Shown in pieces: positions 10,497 to 19,461 of a stretch of DNA of 62,278 bases. The number at the start of each line of letters is the position of its first letter. Within the stretch, counting starts at the first letter, position 1. A program made the translations under genes and the position numbers. The notes below the pieces were generated by a model that did no database searches, was not told the origin of the DNA, and worked only from the letters and a program-made list of their open reading frames with translations. The stretch covers positions 1-62,278 of the forward strand of contig JAFCCJ010000001.1 in NCBI GenBank assembly GCA_017610305.1. Reading direction: 5' to 3'. Source of the stretch: Candidatus Iainarchaeum sp. Its GTDB lineage: Archaea; Iainarchaeota; Iainarchaeia; Iainarchaeales; JAFCCJ01.

Positions 10497-11314
10497 GCAA
10501 AATAGACGCAAAAACGCAAATTGCGGCATTGATCGGGAATCCGGTTGGGCATTCTTTAAGCCCGAAAATGCACAATGCCGCATTTGGGAAGCTTGGGATT
10601 AACTGTAAATATGTTGCCTTCAAAATTAAGAATTTGAGAAAGGCAGTTGCCGCGATAAAAGAATTGAATTTCCTCGGCCTTAATGTAACCATGCCATTTA
10701 AAACAGAAATAATCCCGCTTCTTGACAGGGTGGATGTGACAACAAAAAAAATAGGTGCCGTAAACACAATCGTTGTGAAGAAGGGGAAATTAATCGGCTA
10801 TAATACCGATGGTGTTGGCGCGGTTGCCTCACTAAAGGCAAAAACCAGATTAAAGGGCAAAAAGGTTCTCCTGATTGGTGCAGGCGGTGCCGGAAAATCC
10901 ATATCTTTTATGCTTAAAAGGGAGGGAGTTCACCTAACAATAGCTGATAGGAATTCAAAAAAAGCAAGAAAACTTGCAAAGTTGATAGGCTGCAAAAGTA
11001 ATTCTATGGGAACAATTCTTGGATTAAAACCGGATATTTTGATTAATGCAACCCCTATGGGAATGAAACCAAAGATAAATATGCTTCCGGTCCCAAAAGA
11101 GATGTTAAGAAAGGGCCTTGTGGTTTTTGATATTGTTTATAACCCTATTGAAACCAAATTGCTAAAACTGGCAAAAGGTAAGGGGTGCAAAACCATAAAT
11201 GGAATTGAGATGCTTATCAATCAGGGCGTGGAATCATTTGAGCTTTGGACTGAAAAAAAGGCGCCTAAGGAAGTTATGCGAAAGGCAATTCTTAAGGCAA
11301 TGAGGAAAGGGTGA
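10493..11314 (+). CDS. aroE: Shikimate dehydrogenase
   Basis: Motifs NVTMPFK, NTDGVG and GAGGAGKS (Rossmann). Confidence 0.92.
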   Translation: MSKIDAKTQIAALIGNPVGHSLSPKMHNAAFGKLGINCKYVAFKIKNLRKAVAAIKELNFLGLNVTMPFKTEIIPLLDRVDVTTKKIGAVNTIVVKKGKLIGYNTDGVGAVASLKAKTRLKGKKVLLIGAGGAGKSISFMLKREGVHLTIADRNSKKARKLAKLIGCKSNSMGTILGLKPDILINATPMGMKPKINMLPVPKEMLRKGLVVFDIVYNPIETKLLKLAKGKGCKTINGIEMLINQGVESFELWTEKKAPKEVMRKAILKAMRKG

Positions 11315-11318
11315 AAAA

Positions 11319-12389
11319 ATGTCGGGAAGCTCATCGGGGAAAATGTTCAAAATTGTTACCTTTGGAGAGAGCCATGGCAAGGCAATTGGAGTGGTTATTG
11401 ACGGGGTTAAATCTGGAATGAAGATTAGTGGGAGTGACATCCAAAAAGAACTTGATAGAAGAAGGCCTGGGCAAAGCAGGGTCAGCACCCAGCGAAGGGA
11501 GACTGATAAGGTTGAGATTCTTTCAGGGGTTTTTAGGGGGAAAACTTTGGGAACCCCAATTTGCCTACTCATCAGAAATAAGGATGTTAACTCAAAAGAT
11601 TATGAAAAATTGAAAAATATCTTCAGGCCGGGGCATGCAGGCTACACTTACCTGAAGAAATTCGGCATTAGGGATTACCGTGGCGGGGGAAGGGCCTCGG
11701 GAAGAGAGACCGCGGCAAGGGTTGCCGCAGGCGCTGTCGCAAAAAAGATTCTTCGGAAAAAGAAAATTAAAATTATCGGCCATGCTATAGAAATTGCGGG
11801 GGTTAAGGCAAAGAAATTCGATGCCAAGGAAATTGAAAAAAATCCAGTAAGGTGCGCAGATAAAAAAGTTGCTAAAAAAATGGAGCAAAAAATCATTTCC
11901 GCACAAAAAACAGGCGATTCTGTCGGGGGGATTGTTGAGATTATTGCAAAGGGCGTTCCTGTTGGGTTGGGGGAGCCGGTATTTGAAAAACTGGATGCCA
12001 AATTGGCAGGGGCATTGATGGGCATTCCCGCAGTAAAGGGAGTTGAGATTGGTGCAGGATTTGGGGCGGCGAAAATGAAGGGCTCCCAGGATAATGACCC
12101 AATAAGGGGGGTTAAGGGAAAAATCAAGTTTTTATCAAATAACGCGGGGGGAATTTTAGGGGGAATAAGCACAGGCCAAGAGATTGTTGTGCGAATTGCG
12201 ATTAAGCCCACCCCCTCAATTTCAAAGGAGCAGAAGACTATTGATGAAAAGGGGAAGAACAGAAAAATTCGCGTACTGGGCAGGCATGACCCCTGCATAG
12301 TGCCACGTGTTGTTCCGGTGGCTGAAGCAATGGTTGCACTTGTGCTGGTTGACGCGCTAAAAAAACAGAAAATGAGGGAGGGGAAGTAA
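11319..12389 (+). CDS. aroC: Chorismate synthase
   Basis: Motifs FGESHG and GRHDPC. 356 aa. Confidence 0.94.
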   Translation: MSGSSSGKMFKIVTFGESHGKAIGVVIDGVKSGMKISGSDIQKELDRRRPGQSRVSTQRRETDKVEILSGVFRGKTLGTPICLLIRNKDVNSKDYEKLKNIFRPGHAGYTYLKKFGIRDYRGGGRASGRETAARVAAGAVAKKILRKKKIKIIGHAIEIAGVKAKKFDAKEIEKNPVRCADKKVAKKMEQKIISAQKTGDSVGGIVEIIAKGVPVGLGEPVFEKLDAKLAGALMGIPAVKGVEIGAGFGAAKMKGSQDNDPIRGVKGKIKFLSNNAGGILGGISTGQEIVVRIAIKPTPSISKEQKTIDEKGKNRKIRVLGRHDPCIVPRVVPVAEAMVALVLVDALKKQKMREGK

Positions 12390-12391
12390 CT

Positions 12392-12751
12392 ATGCGATTC
12401 GGAAAAGACCCTGTAAGATTTGATATGGAGAGAATGTTTAAAAGAAAGAAAAAAGGCGAATATGATTACCAGGGTCGACAAGTGCCGGAGAAGATTATTA
12501 GAAAAATTTTCGGGGAGAATCGCGCCCTTTTTAAGAATCTTAGGGATGAAATTGATAAGTTGAATGTAGATAAGAACAATAAATTTTTCATGCTGAATTA
12601 TATTGGAGAACAATTAGCTGAAAAAATAAATGATCCGAGCCTTGGCAATCGTGCTTTTCTCCAATTGAGCATGGCTGGGCAAGGAACATTTGAAATTGAA
12701 GCCGAACGAGTCAGTGGGGCATGGTACATTAAAACATTCAAAAAATGGTGA
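12392..12751 (+). CDS. Hypothetical 119-aa protein between aroC and tyrA
   Basis: The ATG lies 2 nt after the aroC stop, and its stop abuts the likely tyrA start. I recognised no confident family. There is a weak LRDEID...INDP resemblance to AroQ chorismate mutases. Confidence 0.5.
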   Translation: MRFGKDPVRFDMERMFKRKKKGEYDYQGRQVPEKIIRKIFGENRALFKNLRDEIDKLNVDKNNKFFMLNYIGEQLAEKINDPSLGNRAFLQLSMAGQGTFEIEAERVSGAWYIKTFKKW

Positions 12752-12755
12752 TGAT

Positions 12756-13601
12756 TTGGTAAATAATAAAACAGTTATCGGAATTATAGGCGGAACCGGG
12801 AAGATGGGAAAATGGTTCAGAAAATTCTTCGAGAAAAACGGCTGCAGGATTTTGGCGTGCGGAAAAAAAACCAAGTTAAAGCACAGGGAACTTATTGAGA
12901 AAAGCGACATTATAATATTCTCTGTTCCAATTGGCATAACTGTTGATTTGATTAAAAAATACGCAAAATTTGCCAAGAAAGGCCAGGCCATTACTGATTT
13001 CACCTCAATAAAGGAAGCGCCTTTGAAGGCAATGTTGCAGTACGCCCCCAAAGATGTTGAGGTTTTTGGCATGCACCCTGTTTTTGGGCCCAGTGTTTTA
13101 AACATTAAGGACCAGGCAGTAGTGCTTTGCCCGGGAAGAGGCAGAAAATGGTTTACCTGGATGAAAAAATTAATGCGAAAAAGAAAAGCGCATATTAAGG
13201 TGGTTAATGCAAGCAAGCATGATGAAATGATGGCTATAATCCAGGGCAGCACCCATTTTAGGACTATTTCATTTGAGAATGCGCTTAAAAAATTAGATTT
13301 TAATTTCGATGAAATGATTACCTTTGCCTCGCCAATCTACAAGGCGAGAATGCTTCTCCTTGGGAGAATAATGGTTCAGGATCCGGAACTATATGCGGAA
13401 ATACTTATTCAGAATAAAGATACCTTGAAGGTAGTAAGGCAGTTAAGAAAATCAACAAATGAACTGGAAAAGATAATCAAGAAAAAGGACAAGAAAGCGT
13501 TTGTAAAATATTTCAAAGAGTCTGCCTATATTGGAGCCCGTGCAAAAAATCTAGGAAAGCAAAGCGATAAACTGCTGAATAAATTAACTGAAGTCGACTG
13601 A
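12756..13601 (+). CDS. tyrA: Prephenate dehydrogenase
   Basis: N-terminal Rossmann IGIIGGTGKMGKWF. The track ORF begins at 12690 and overlaps the upstream ORF. A TTG at 12756, just after the upstream stop, is the more plausible start. Confidence 0.82.
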   Translation: MVNNKTVIGIIGGTGKMGKWFRKFFEKNGCRILACGKKTKLKHRELIEKSDIIIFSVPIGITVDLIKKYAKFAKKGQAITDFTSIKEAPLKAMLQYAPKDVEVFGMHPVFGPSVLNIKDQAVVLCPGRGRKWFTWMKKLMRKRKAHIKVVNASKHDEMMAIIQGSTHFRTISFENALKKLDFNFDEMITFASPIYKARMLLLGRIMVQDPELYAEILIQNKDTLKVVRQLRKSTNELEKIIKKKDKKAFVKYFKESAYIGARAKNLGKQSDKLLNKLTEVD

Positions 13602-13604
13602 ATC

Positions 13605-14267
13605 TTACGGGCAGCTTGTAGGATTAATTACGAAATCCTTGAGTACATATTCGTTGTTTGGCAGGTCTATTCTCAGTTCAACATCCGCAGGATCGGAGCC
13701 CAAATAAAGGGATTTTTCCTGGGTAGTAAAGACAAGTAGTTCACTATTTCCTGGTTTGATTGTGACGCTGAACTCAAATCCATCAAAGCTGTCTTCAAGC
13801 CCATCGGAATCTGAGTGGGCTGAAATCTCCCCGTCAATGACATAATCATCACTGCCATTGTTTTTCAGGTTAATGCTCTTGAGAATTGTTCCCTTAACAT
13901 TTTGCCCTTCCCAATTTGTGCTGAAACAAGCAAAGGTGTAATGGTTTATTATCCTTAAATCAGCCGCCTCTGTTGCGGGGTCCGGCTCAGGTTCCGGCTC
14001 CGGTTCCGGCTCAGGCTCTGGCTCAGGTTCTGGGTCTGGCGTAACATCTATGCCATTATCCAATGTTGCGGAATCGCCATCAATTGTAAAATCATCATCC
14101 ACCACACTTACAGTTGACCCACCATTGACGACAGGTGATGTCTCTACCCCTGTAGGGGAAGTTAACGCCAAAAATCCGACCACTCCGATTAGGAGAAATA
14201 TAACGATAAACAGCACGATTAATATTACTCCAATTCCGGTAAATGCAATAAGATACTTTGTTTCCAT
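13605..14267 (-). CDS. Membrane-anchored/secreted protein with a (Pro-Glu)n linker
   Basis: N-terminal hydrophobic helix ([29 protein letters not shown]), a [22 protein letters not shown] linker, and a C-terminal beta-rich domain ending in Cys. Confidence 0.6.
   Translation of the reverse strand: [220 protein letters not shown]
13977..14039 (-). repeat. Tandem hexanucleotide (GGYTCN)n repeat encoding PDP(EP)8DP
   Basis: Read directly: ggggtccggctcaggttccggctccggttccggctcaggctctggctcaggttctgggtctgg. Confidence 0.9.
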
Positions 14268-14307
14268 TAAACCACTTAAGAATATTTTGGGGTGTTTAAT
14301 TTAAAAA

Positions 14308-17300
14308 CTATTCGAAATAAGCGCTATAGGGCTCAACTTCTAAATCTTCAAGCCTTTTCTTATGAACCGCGGCAAGAAAGAGCTTTGCCAGCTGAATATT
14401 GGTTATCAAAGGTATTGAGTAATCAACAGCCATCCTCCTTAGCTCATACTCAACATCAATCTCAATCTGTTTGGAGGGGTCTGGCACAATTATAACCAAA
14501 TCAAGCGCTTTTTTGGACAAATAATCGCGAATATTGGGCTTTTTCTTGTCCTGCAATTTATGGAGTTTCCTAAACTCAATCCCCTGCTGCTTAAAGAATT
14601 CAACAGTATGTTCTGTTCCAAAGAAATTATATCCCTTGTCTGAAAGTTTCCTTATGTTTTTAAGCAACCTAAATCTGTCCTCATCACCGTTAACACTAAT
14701 GAAAATATTCTTTTTTGGAATCCTGAATCCGGTTGAAAGAAGGGCCTTAAGGAAAGCATCGTCAACATCCCTCCCGATACACCCGACCTCCCCTGTTGAT
14801 GCCATCTCAACCCCGGAAATAGGGTCAGCTCCCCTTAGCCTGGAAAAGGAAAATTGCGGTGCCTTAACCCCAACATGGTCCAGGTCAAGGGCATTTACTG
14901 AATTTTCATCGACCTTATTTCCCAAAATCGCAGCGGTTGCCCTAGCAATGAAATTACTTCCGGTAACTTTCGAAATGAATGGGAATGACCTCGAGGCCCT
15001 TAAATTGCACTCAATAACCTTGACCTCATTGTCCTTTGCAATGAATTGTATATTGAAAGGCCCTGTAATTTTCAGGGCATCGGCAATCTTCCTTGCGATA
15101 ACCTTTATCCTCCTCACGGTTTCCAGATAGGTTCTCTGTGGGGGCAGCACCATTGTCGCATCACCTGAGTGAATTCCCGCATTTTCAACATGTTCATTTA
15201 TCGCCCAGCAAAGGAGCTTGCCGTTTTTGGCGACCGCATCAATCTCAATTTCCCTTCCCCCCAAAATAAATTTGCTCATAACAACAGGAAATTCATTGGA
15301 TAATGCCCCGCTTGCATCAAGATATTCTTTCAATCCCTTATTGGTAAATGCCACTTTCATCGCCTCCCCGCTAAGGACATAACTTGGCCTTACTAGGACG
15401 GGAAACTCAACCTTCTTTGCAAAACTTATTGCGCCCTTTTCAGAGGTAAGTTCCTTCCATTCAGGCTGGTCGATTTCCAGTGAATCAAGAAGTGCCGAAA
15501 ATTTATGCCTGTCCTCGGCATTGTCAATGCTGACAGGGCTTGTCCCAAGCACTTTCATTCCGGTCTCCTCGCACTTCATCGCAAGGTTATTTGGAATTTG
15601 CCCGCCCATGGAAATTATTATCCCTTTCGGGTTTTCCAGTTCATAAATATCCGCAACCGATTCAAGGCTCAACTCCTCAAAATAAAGCCTGTCACAAATA
15701 TCATAGTCTGTTGAAACTGTTTCAGGGTTGTAGTTAACCATAATTGTTTCATAGGAGGACTTTTTCAGTTCCTCAATTGCATTAACACAGCACCAGTCAA
15801 ACTCAACACTTGAGCCTATGCAATATGCCCCGCTTCCAAGAACCATCACCTTTTTGTTTTGGTTAAATTCAACATCATTCTCAATTCCATTATATGTGAG
15901 ATAGAGGTAATTGGTTTTTGCAGGAAATTCCGCGGCAAGGGTATCAATTTGTTTCACAACAGGAACCACACCCAATTCTTTCCTCCTTTTTCTCATCTCA
16001 ATCTCCCCCTTTTCCCCCATAAGCATCGCCAACTGCTTATCGGAAAAGCCGGCCTGTTTCACACTGAGCATAAGTTCCTTTGAAATGGTTTTTGATGTGA
16101 ATTTCTTTATTTCTATCTCCAATTCAACCACGCGCTTAAGCTTGAAAAGAAACCATTTGTCTATTCTGGTGAGTTCATAAATCCGGTCCACCGATTCCCC
16201 CTTTGCAAGGGAATTAATCACCGCAAAAATCCTTTTATCGGTTGGATTTTTCAGGGAATGAATCAGTTCCTTGAAATGGATTTTATTCCCAACCAACCCA
16301 TACATCCCTATCTGAAGCATCCTTATCGCCTTTTGCAGTGCCTCCTCAAAACTCCTGCCTATCGCCATTACCTCCCCCACACTTTTCATTTCCGGGCCTA
16401 TTTTCTTTGAGACATTCCTGAATTTTCCCAGGTCCCATCTCGGAATTTTAACCACAACATAATCCAGCGCAGGCTCAAAACAGGCCTTTGTTTTTTTGGT
16501 GATTGAATTTTCAAGTTCAAGAAGGGAGAGGCCCAATGCGAGTTTGCTTGCCACAAATGCTAACGGATATCCTGTTGCCTTTGAGGCAAGGGCACTGCTC
16601 CTTGAAAGCCTTGCATTAACTTCTATTACCCTGTAATCCTCTGACTTTGGGTCAAGGGCAAACTGGATATTGCATTCCCCAATAATTCCAAGATGACGAA
16701 TTACTTTTATGGAAATTTCCCTCAATTTGTGGTACTCATGGTTGTCCAGAGTCTGAGAGGGGGCAATTACAATGCTCTCCCCTGTGTGAATTCCAAGGGG
16801 ATCGAAATTTTCCATATTGCAAACGGTGATGCAGTTGTCCTTTGAGTCCCTCACAACCTCATACTCAATTTCCTTCCATCCCCAGAGATATTCTTCCACA
16901 AGAATTTGCGGGGAATGGGTGAAAACCTTTGCGCAAGATTCCTTAAGTTCCTTCTCGCTCTTGCAAACCCCTGAACCCTTTCCACCCAATGCAAAGGCGG
17001 CCCTTATAAGAACAGGATAGCCGATTTTCTTAGCCGCCTCTATGGCGTCCTTCTCATTCCTCACAGGAAAACTTTTCGGGACATTGACCCCTATTCCTAC
17101 CAGTTCCTTGTTGAACAATTCCCTGTCCTCGGTTTTCCTTATTGCCTCAACATGGGTCCCCAAAACCCCCACATTATGTTTCTTTAAAATTCCCTTGTCA
17201 TGCAGCTCAAGGCCACAATTCAGTGCGGTTTGCCCGCCAAAAGAAAGCAAAATTCCATCAGGCTTTTCCTTTTCAATCACCCTCTCCACAAAATAGGGAG

Positions 17301-17505
17301 TTATGGGAACAAAGTAAACCTCATCGGCGAAATCTTTTGATGTTTGGACTGTGGCAATATTTGGATTAACCACAATAACCTCAATCCCCTCTTCCTTTAG
17401 CGACTTTATCGCCTGGCTCCCACTGTAATCAAACTCACCGGCCTGGCCTATTTTCAATGCCCCTGAACCGAGGAGAAGCACTTTTTTTGGTTTTTTTACC
17501 ATCAT
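14308..17505 (-). CDS. carB: Carbamoyl-phosphate synthase large subunit
   Basis: 1065 aa with two ATP-grasp halves (SFGGQTALNC; second half MGGQIPNN) and a C-terminal MGS-like domain. Confidence 0.96.
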   Translation of the reverse strand: MMVKKPKKVLLLGSGALKIGQAGEFDYSGSQAIKSLKEEGIEVIVVNPNIATVQTSKDFADEVYFVPITPYFVERVIEKEKPDGILLSFGGQTALNCGLELHDKGILKKHNVGVLGTHVEAIRKTEDRELFNKELVGIGVNVPKSFPVRNEKDAIEAAKKIGYPVLIRAAFALGGKGSGVCKSEKELKESCAKVFTHSPQILVEEYLWGWKEIEYEVVRDSKDNCITVCNMENFDPLGIHTGESIVIAPSQTLDNHEYHKLREISIKVIRHLGIIGECNIQFALDPKSEDYRVIEVNARLSRSSALASKATGYPLAFVASKLALGLSLLELENSITKKTKACFEPALDYVVVKIPRWDLGKFRNVSKKIGPEMKSVGEVMAIGRSFEEALQKAIRMLQIGMYGLVGNKIHFKELIHSLKNPTDKRIFAVINSLAKGESVDRIYELTRIDKWFLFKLKRVVELEIEIKKFTSKTISKELMLSVKQAGFSDKQLAMLMGEKGEIEMRKRRKELGVVPVVKQIDTLAAEFPAKTNYLYLTYNGIENDVEFNQNKKVMVLGSGAYCIGSSVEFDWCCVNAIEELKKSSYETIMVNYNPETVSTDYDICDRLYFEELSLESVADIYELENPKGIIISMGGQIPNNLAMKCEETGMKVLGTSPVSIDNAEDRHKFSALLDSLEIDQPEWKELTSEKGAISFAKKVEFPVLVRPSYVLSGEAMKVAFTNKGLKEYLDASGALSNEFPVVMSKFILGGREIEIDAVAKNGKLLCWAINEHVENAGIHSGDATMVLPPQRTYLETVRRIKVIARKIADALKITGPFNIQFIAKDNEVKVIECNLRASRSFPFISKVTGSNFIARATAAILGNKVDENSVNALDLDHVGVKAPQFSFSRLRGADPISGVEMASTGEVGCIGRDVDDAFLKALLSTGFRIPKKNIFISVNGDEDRFRLLKNIRKLSDKGYNFFGTEHTVEFFKQQGIEFRKLHKLQDKKKPNIRDYLSKKALDLVIIVPDPSKQIEIDVEYELRRMAVDYSIPLITNIQLAKLFLAAVHKKRLEDLEVEPYSAYFE

Positions 17506-17506
17506 T

Positions 17507-18262
17507 TCACCCTATAAAAATAATCTTCAATATCATCAGCACAGCAACCACAAAGAAAAGTGCCTGAATAAATTTATTGCCTTTCTCGATGGCAAATTTT
17601 GCGCCAAGATAGCCCCCGAGAATTCCCGCCACCGCCATCTGTATTGCAAGCATTAAATCCACGAGCCCAAAAAGCACGAATAAAATGGCCGCAACCAGAG
17701 AGCTGAAAAAAGCAATTGTGGAGGATGTTGCCGCCGCTTTCAGGTAATCATATCCTTTCATAACAATCAAATGCAGCCTTAGAAAGGTCCCTGCAGCACT
17801 CCCGATAATTGCGCGATAGACCGCGATAATAAATAGCCCTGAGAAAAGTATTGGGGTCGATGTTTTTGTGGCTTTTATTTTCTTTTCAGTTAATCCAAAA
17901 TCCCTTTTTACAAGGAGTAAAATTATAATCAGGAAAATTGCCGAGAGAATTATGTTTTTGAGTAACTCTTCATTTAAGTTTACCACAATAAAGACCCCGA
18001 TAATTGAGCCTATAACGCTGATTAGGATAAACTTCGCCAACTCTTTTCTGTCGAGCTTAATTTCCTTTGTGAATTTGGATGCCATTGCCCCTGTCGCAAA
18101 AACCCTGTGCAGACGGTTGGTTCCCACTGCAATTGCAGGGCTGACCCCGAAAAAGAACATTGCCGGGAGAATGAGTATGCTTGCGCCACCAACACTTGCG
18201 GCGTAAAAGTTGGCGAAAAAGACTATTGCCAAAAGTGCCGCTAGTGAGAAAAGGTCCATCAT
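17507..18262 (-). CDS. TauE/SafE-family (sulfite/anion exporter-like) membrane protein
   Basis: 251 aa with ~7-8 hydrophobic segments and internal two-fold similarity typical of TauE/SafE. Overlaps the carA stop and ends 1 nt before the carB ATG. Confidence 0.65.
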   Translation of the reverse strand: MMDLFSLAALLAIVFFANFYAASVGGASILILPAMFFFGVSPAIAVGTNRLHRVFATGAMASKFTKEIKLDRKELAKFILISVIGSIIGVFIVVNLNEELLKNIILSAIFLIIILLLVKRDFGLTEKKIKATKTSTPILFSGLFIIAVYRAIIGSAAGTFLRLHLIVMKGYDYLKAAATSSTIAFFSSLVAAILFVLFGLVDLMLAIQMAVAGILGGYLGAKFAIEKGNKFIQALFFVVAVLMILKIIFIG

Positions 18263-19329
18263 TTCAGCTCCTTAAGAAATTCATCAAACAAAAATCCTGT
18301 GTCAACAGGCCCTGGCCATGCCTCAGGATGGAACTGGACAGAGCGGAATGGCTTTGTTTTGTGCCTGATTCCCTCATTGCTTCCGTCGTTTAGGTTTGTA
18401 AACCAGCTCTCCCAATCTTCGGGAAGGGTTTTTTCATTTACGGCAAAACCATGGTTCTGGGAGCTGATAAAGCACCTTTCCCCTCCCGCAAGGACCACTG
18501 GCTGGTTTTGCGAGCGATGCCCGTATTTCAATTTGTAGGTGTCGGCCCCTGCGGCAAGTGCAAGGAGCTGGTTGCCGAGGCATATTCCAAAAGTGGGGAT
18601 TTCCTTTGCAAGAACTTCCTTAATCAGGCCTATTGTTTCCCCGCACTGTTTTGGGTCTCCGGGGCCATTGGAAATCATAACCCCGTCATAATCAAAATCT
18701 TTTCCCATTTTAAAATTCCAGGGAACTTTTGTGACTGCGCAGTTTCTTTTAAGCAGGCTTCTTACAATGTTGTTTTTGGCTCCGCAGTCAATGAGGAGAA
18801 TCTTTTTTCCCTTTTTGCCGTATGTAACCGGCTTTTCAATAGATGCCTTTTCAACCAGATTGATTTTATTTGGGTCGTAAAATTCCAATTCCTTTTCCAG
18901 ATTTATTCTCCCCAGCATTGTCCCCTTTTCCCTCAAAAGTTTTGTGAGGGCCCTTACATCAATCCCGGTAATTGCCGGAATCCCTTCCTCCTTTAACCAC
19001 GCCCCCAGGGATTTTACTGCCTGCCAGTGGCTGTATTGCTCCGAATAATTGCATACTATGAGTCCTGAAATATGAATCTTTCCCGACTCAAATCTTTTTT
19101 CAAGCCTGAATTCATCCTTTTCCCATTTAGGAACCCCGTAATTTCCGATTAATGGATAGGTTAAGCATAGAATCTGCCCTGAATAGGACGGGTCGGTGAG
19201 TGATTCAGGATAACCAACCATTCCTGTGTTGAAAACCACTTCCCCGGCCACGCTTTTGTCCGCACCGAAAGAAATTCCCATGAAAACAGAGCCATTCTCG
19301 AGCTCAAGCGCCCCTTTCAGTGAATGCAA
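18259..19329 (-). CDS. carA: Carbamoyl-phosphate synthase small subunit
   Basis: GATase motifs GICLGNQLL and VQFHPEA. N-terminal CPSase small-chain domain. Confidence 0.95.
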   Translation of the reverse strand: MHSLKGALELENGSVFMGISFGADKSVAGEVVFNTGMVGYPESLTDPSYSGQILCLTYPLIGNYGVPKWEKDEFRLEKRFESGKIHISGLIVCNYSEQYSHWQAVKSLGAWLKEEGIPAITGIDVRALTKLLREKGTMLGRINLEKELEFYDPNKINLVEKASIEKPVTYGKKGKKILLIDCGAKNNIVRSLLKRNCAVTKVPWNFKMGKDFDYDGVMISNGPGDPKQCGETIGLIKEVLAKEIPTFGICLGNQLLALAAGADTYKLKYGHRSQNQPVVLAGGERCFISSQNHGFAVNEKTLPEDWESWFTNLNDGSNEGIRHKTKPFRSVQFHPEAWPGPVDTGFLFDEFLKELK

Positions 19330-19408
19330 TGCAATCCCCCTGAGAGGAAAAAAGGGTTAAAAATCAAATTTTTTTCCGACATCCTAAAAAAAGGTTTATG
19401 TTTACAAG

Positions 19409-19418
19409 GATTTATAAG
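19409..19418 (+). promoter_or_regulatory. Candidate archaeal TATA box upstream of the DUF1015 gene
   Basis: ggaTTTATAAgc lies ~45-50 nt upstream of the ATG at 19462. A GGTGAG Shine-Dalgarno-like element lies at 19453-19458. Confidence 0.3.
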
Positions 19419-19461
19419 CCCTTCTGTAATTTCATTTCATTAGGATTGGATTGGTGAGTTA

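Noticed and set aside
11675-12613. A 312-aa minus-strand ORF, plus similar long antisense ORFs at 12614..13252, 41960..42835, 43913..44539, 36535..37053, 14534..15130 and 9893..10342.
   Set aside because: They lie antisense to strongly conserved genes (aroC, tyrA, guaB, thyX, the MscS fusion, carB, aroD). They have low-complexity Ser/Phe/Ile-rich composition and no motifs. They are shadow ORFs typical of AT-rich, Lys-codon-rich coding strands.
13977-14039. The tandem 6-nt repeat could have been a non-coding microsatellite or CRISPR-like array.
   Set aside because: It is in frame within a 220-aa ORF and encodes a (Pro-Glu)n linker. There is no spacer/repeat organisation.
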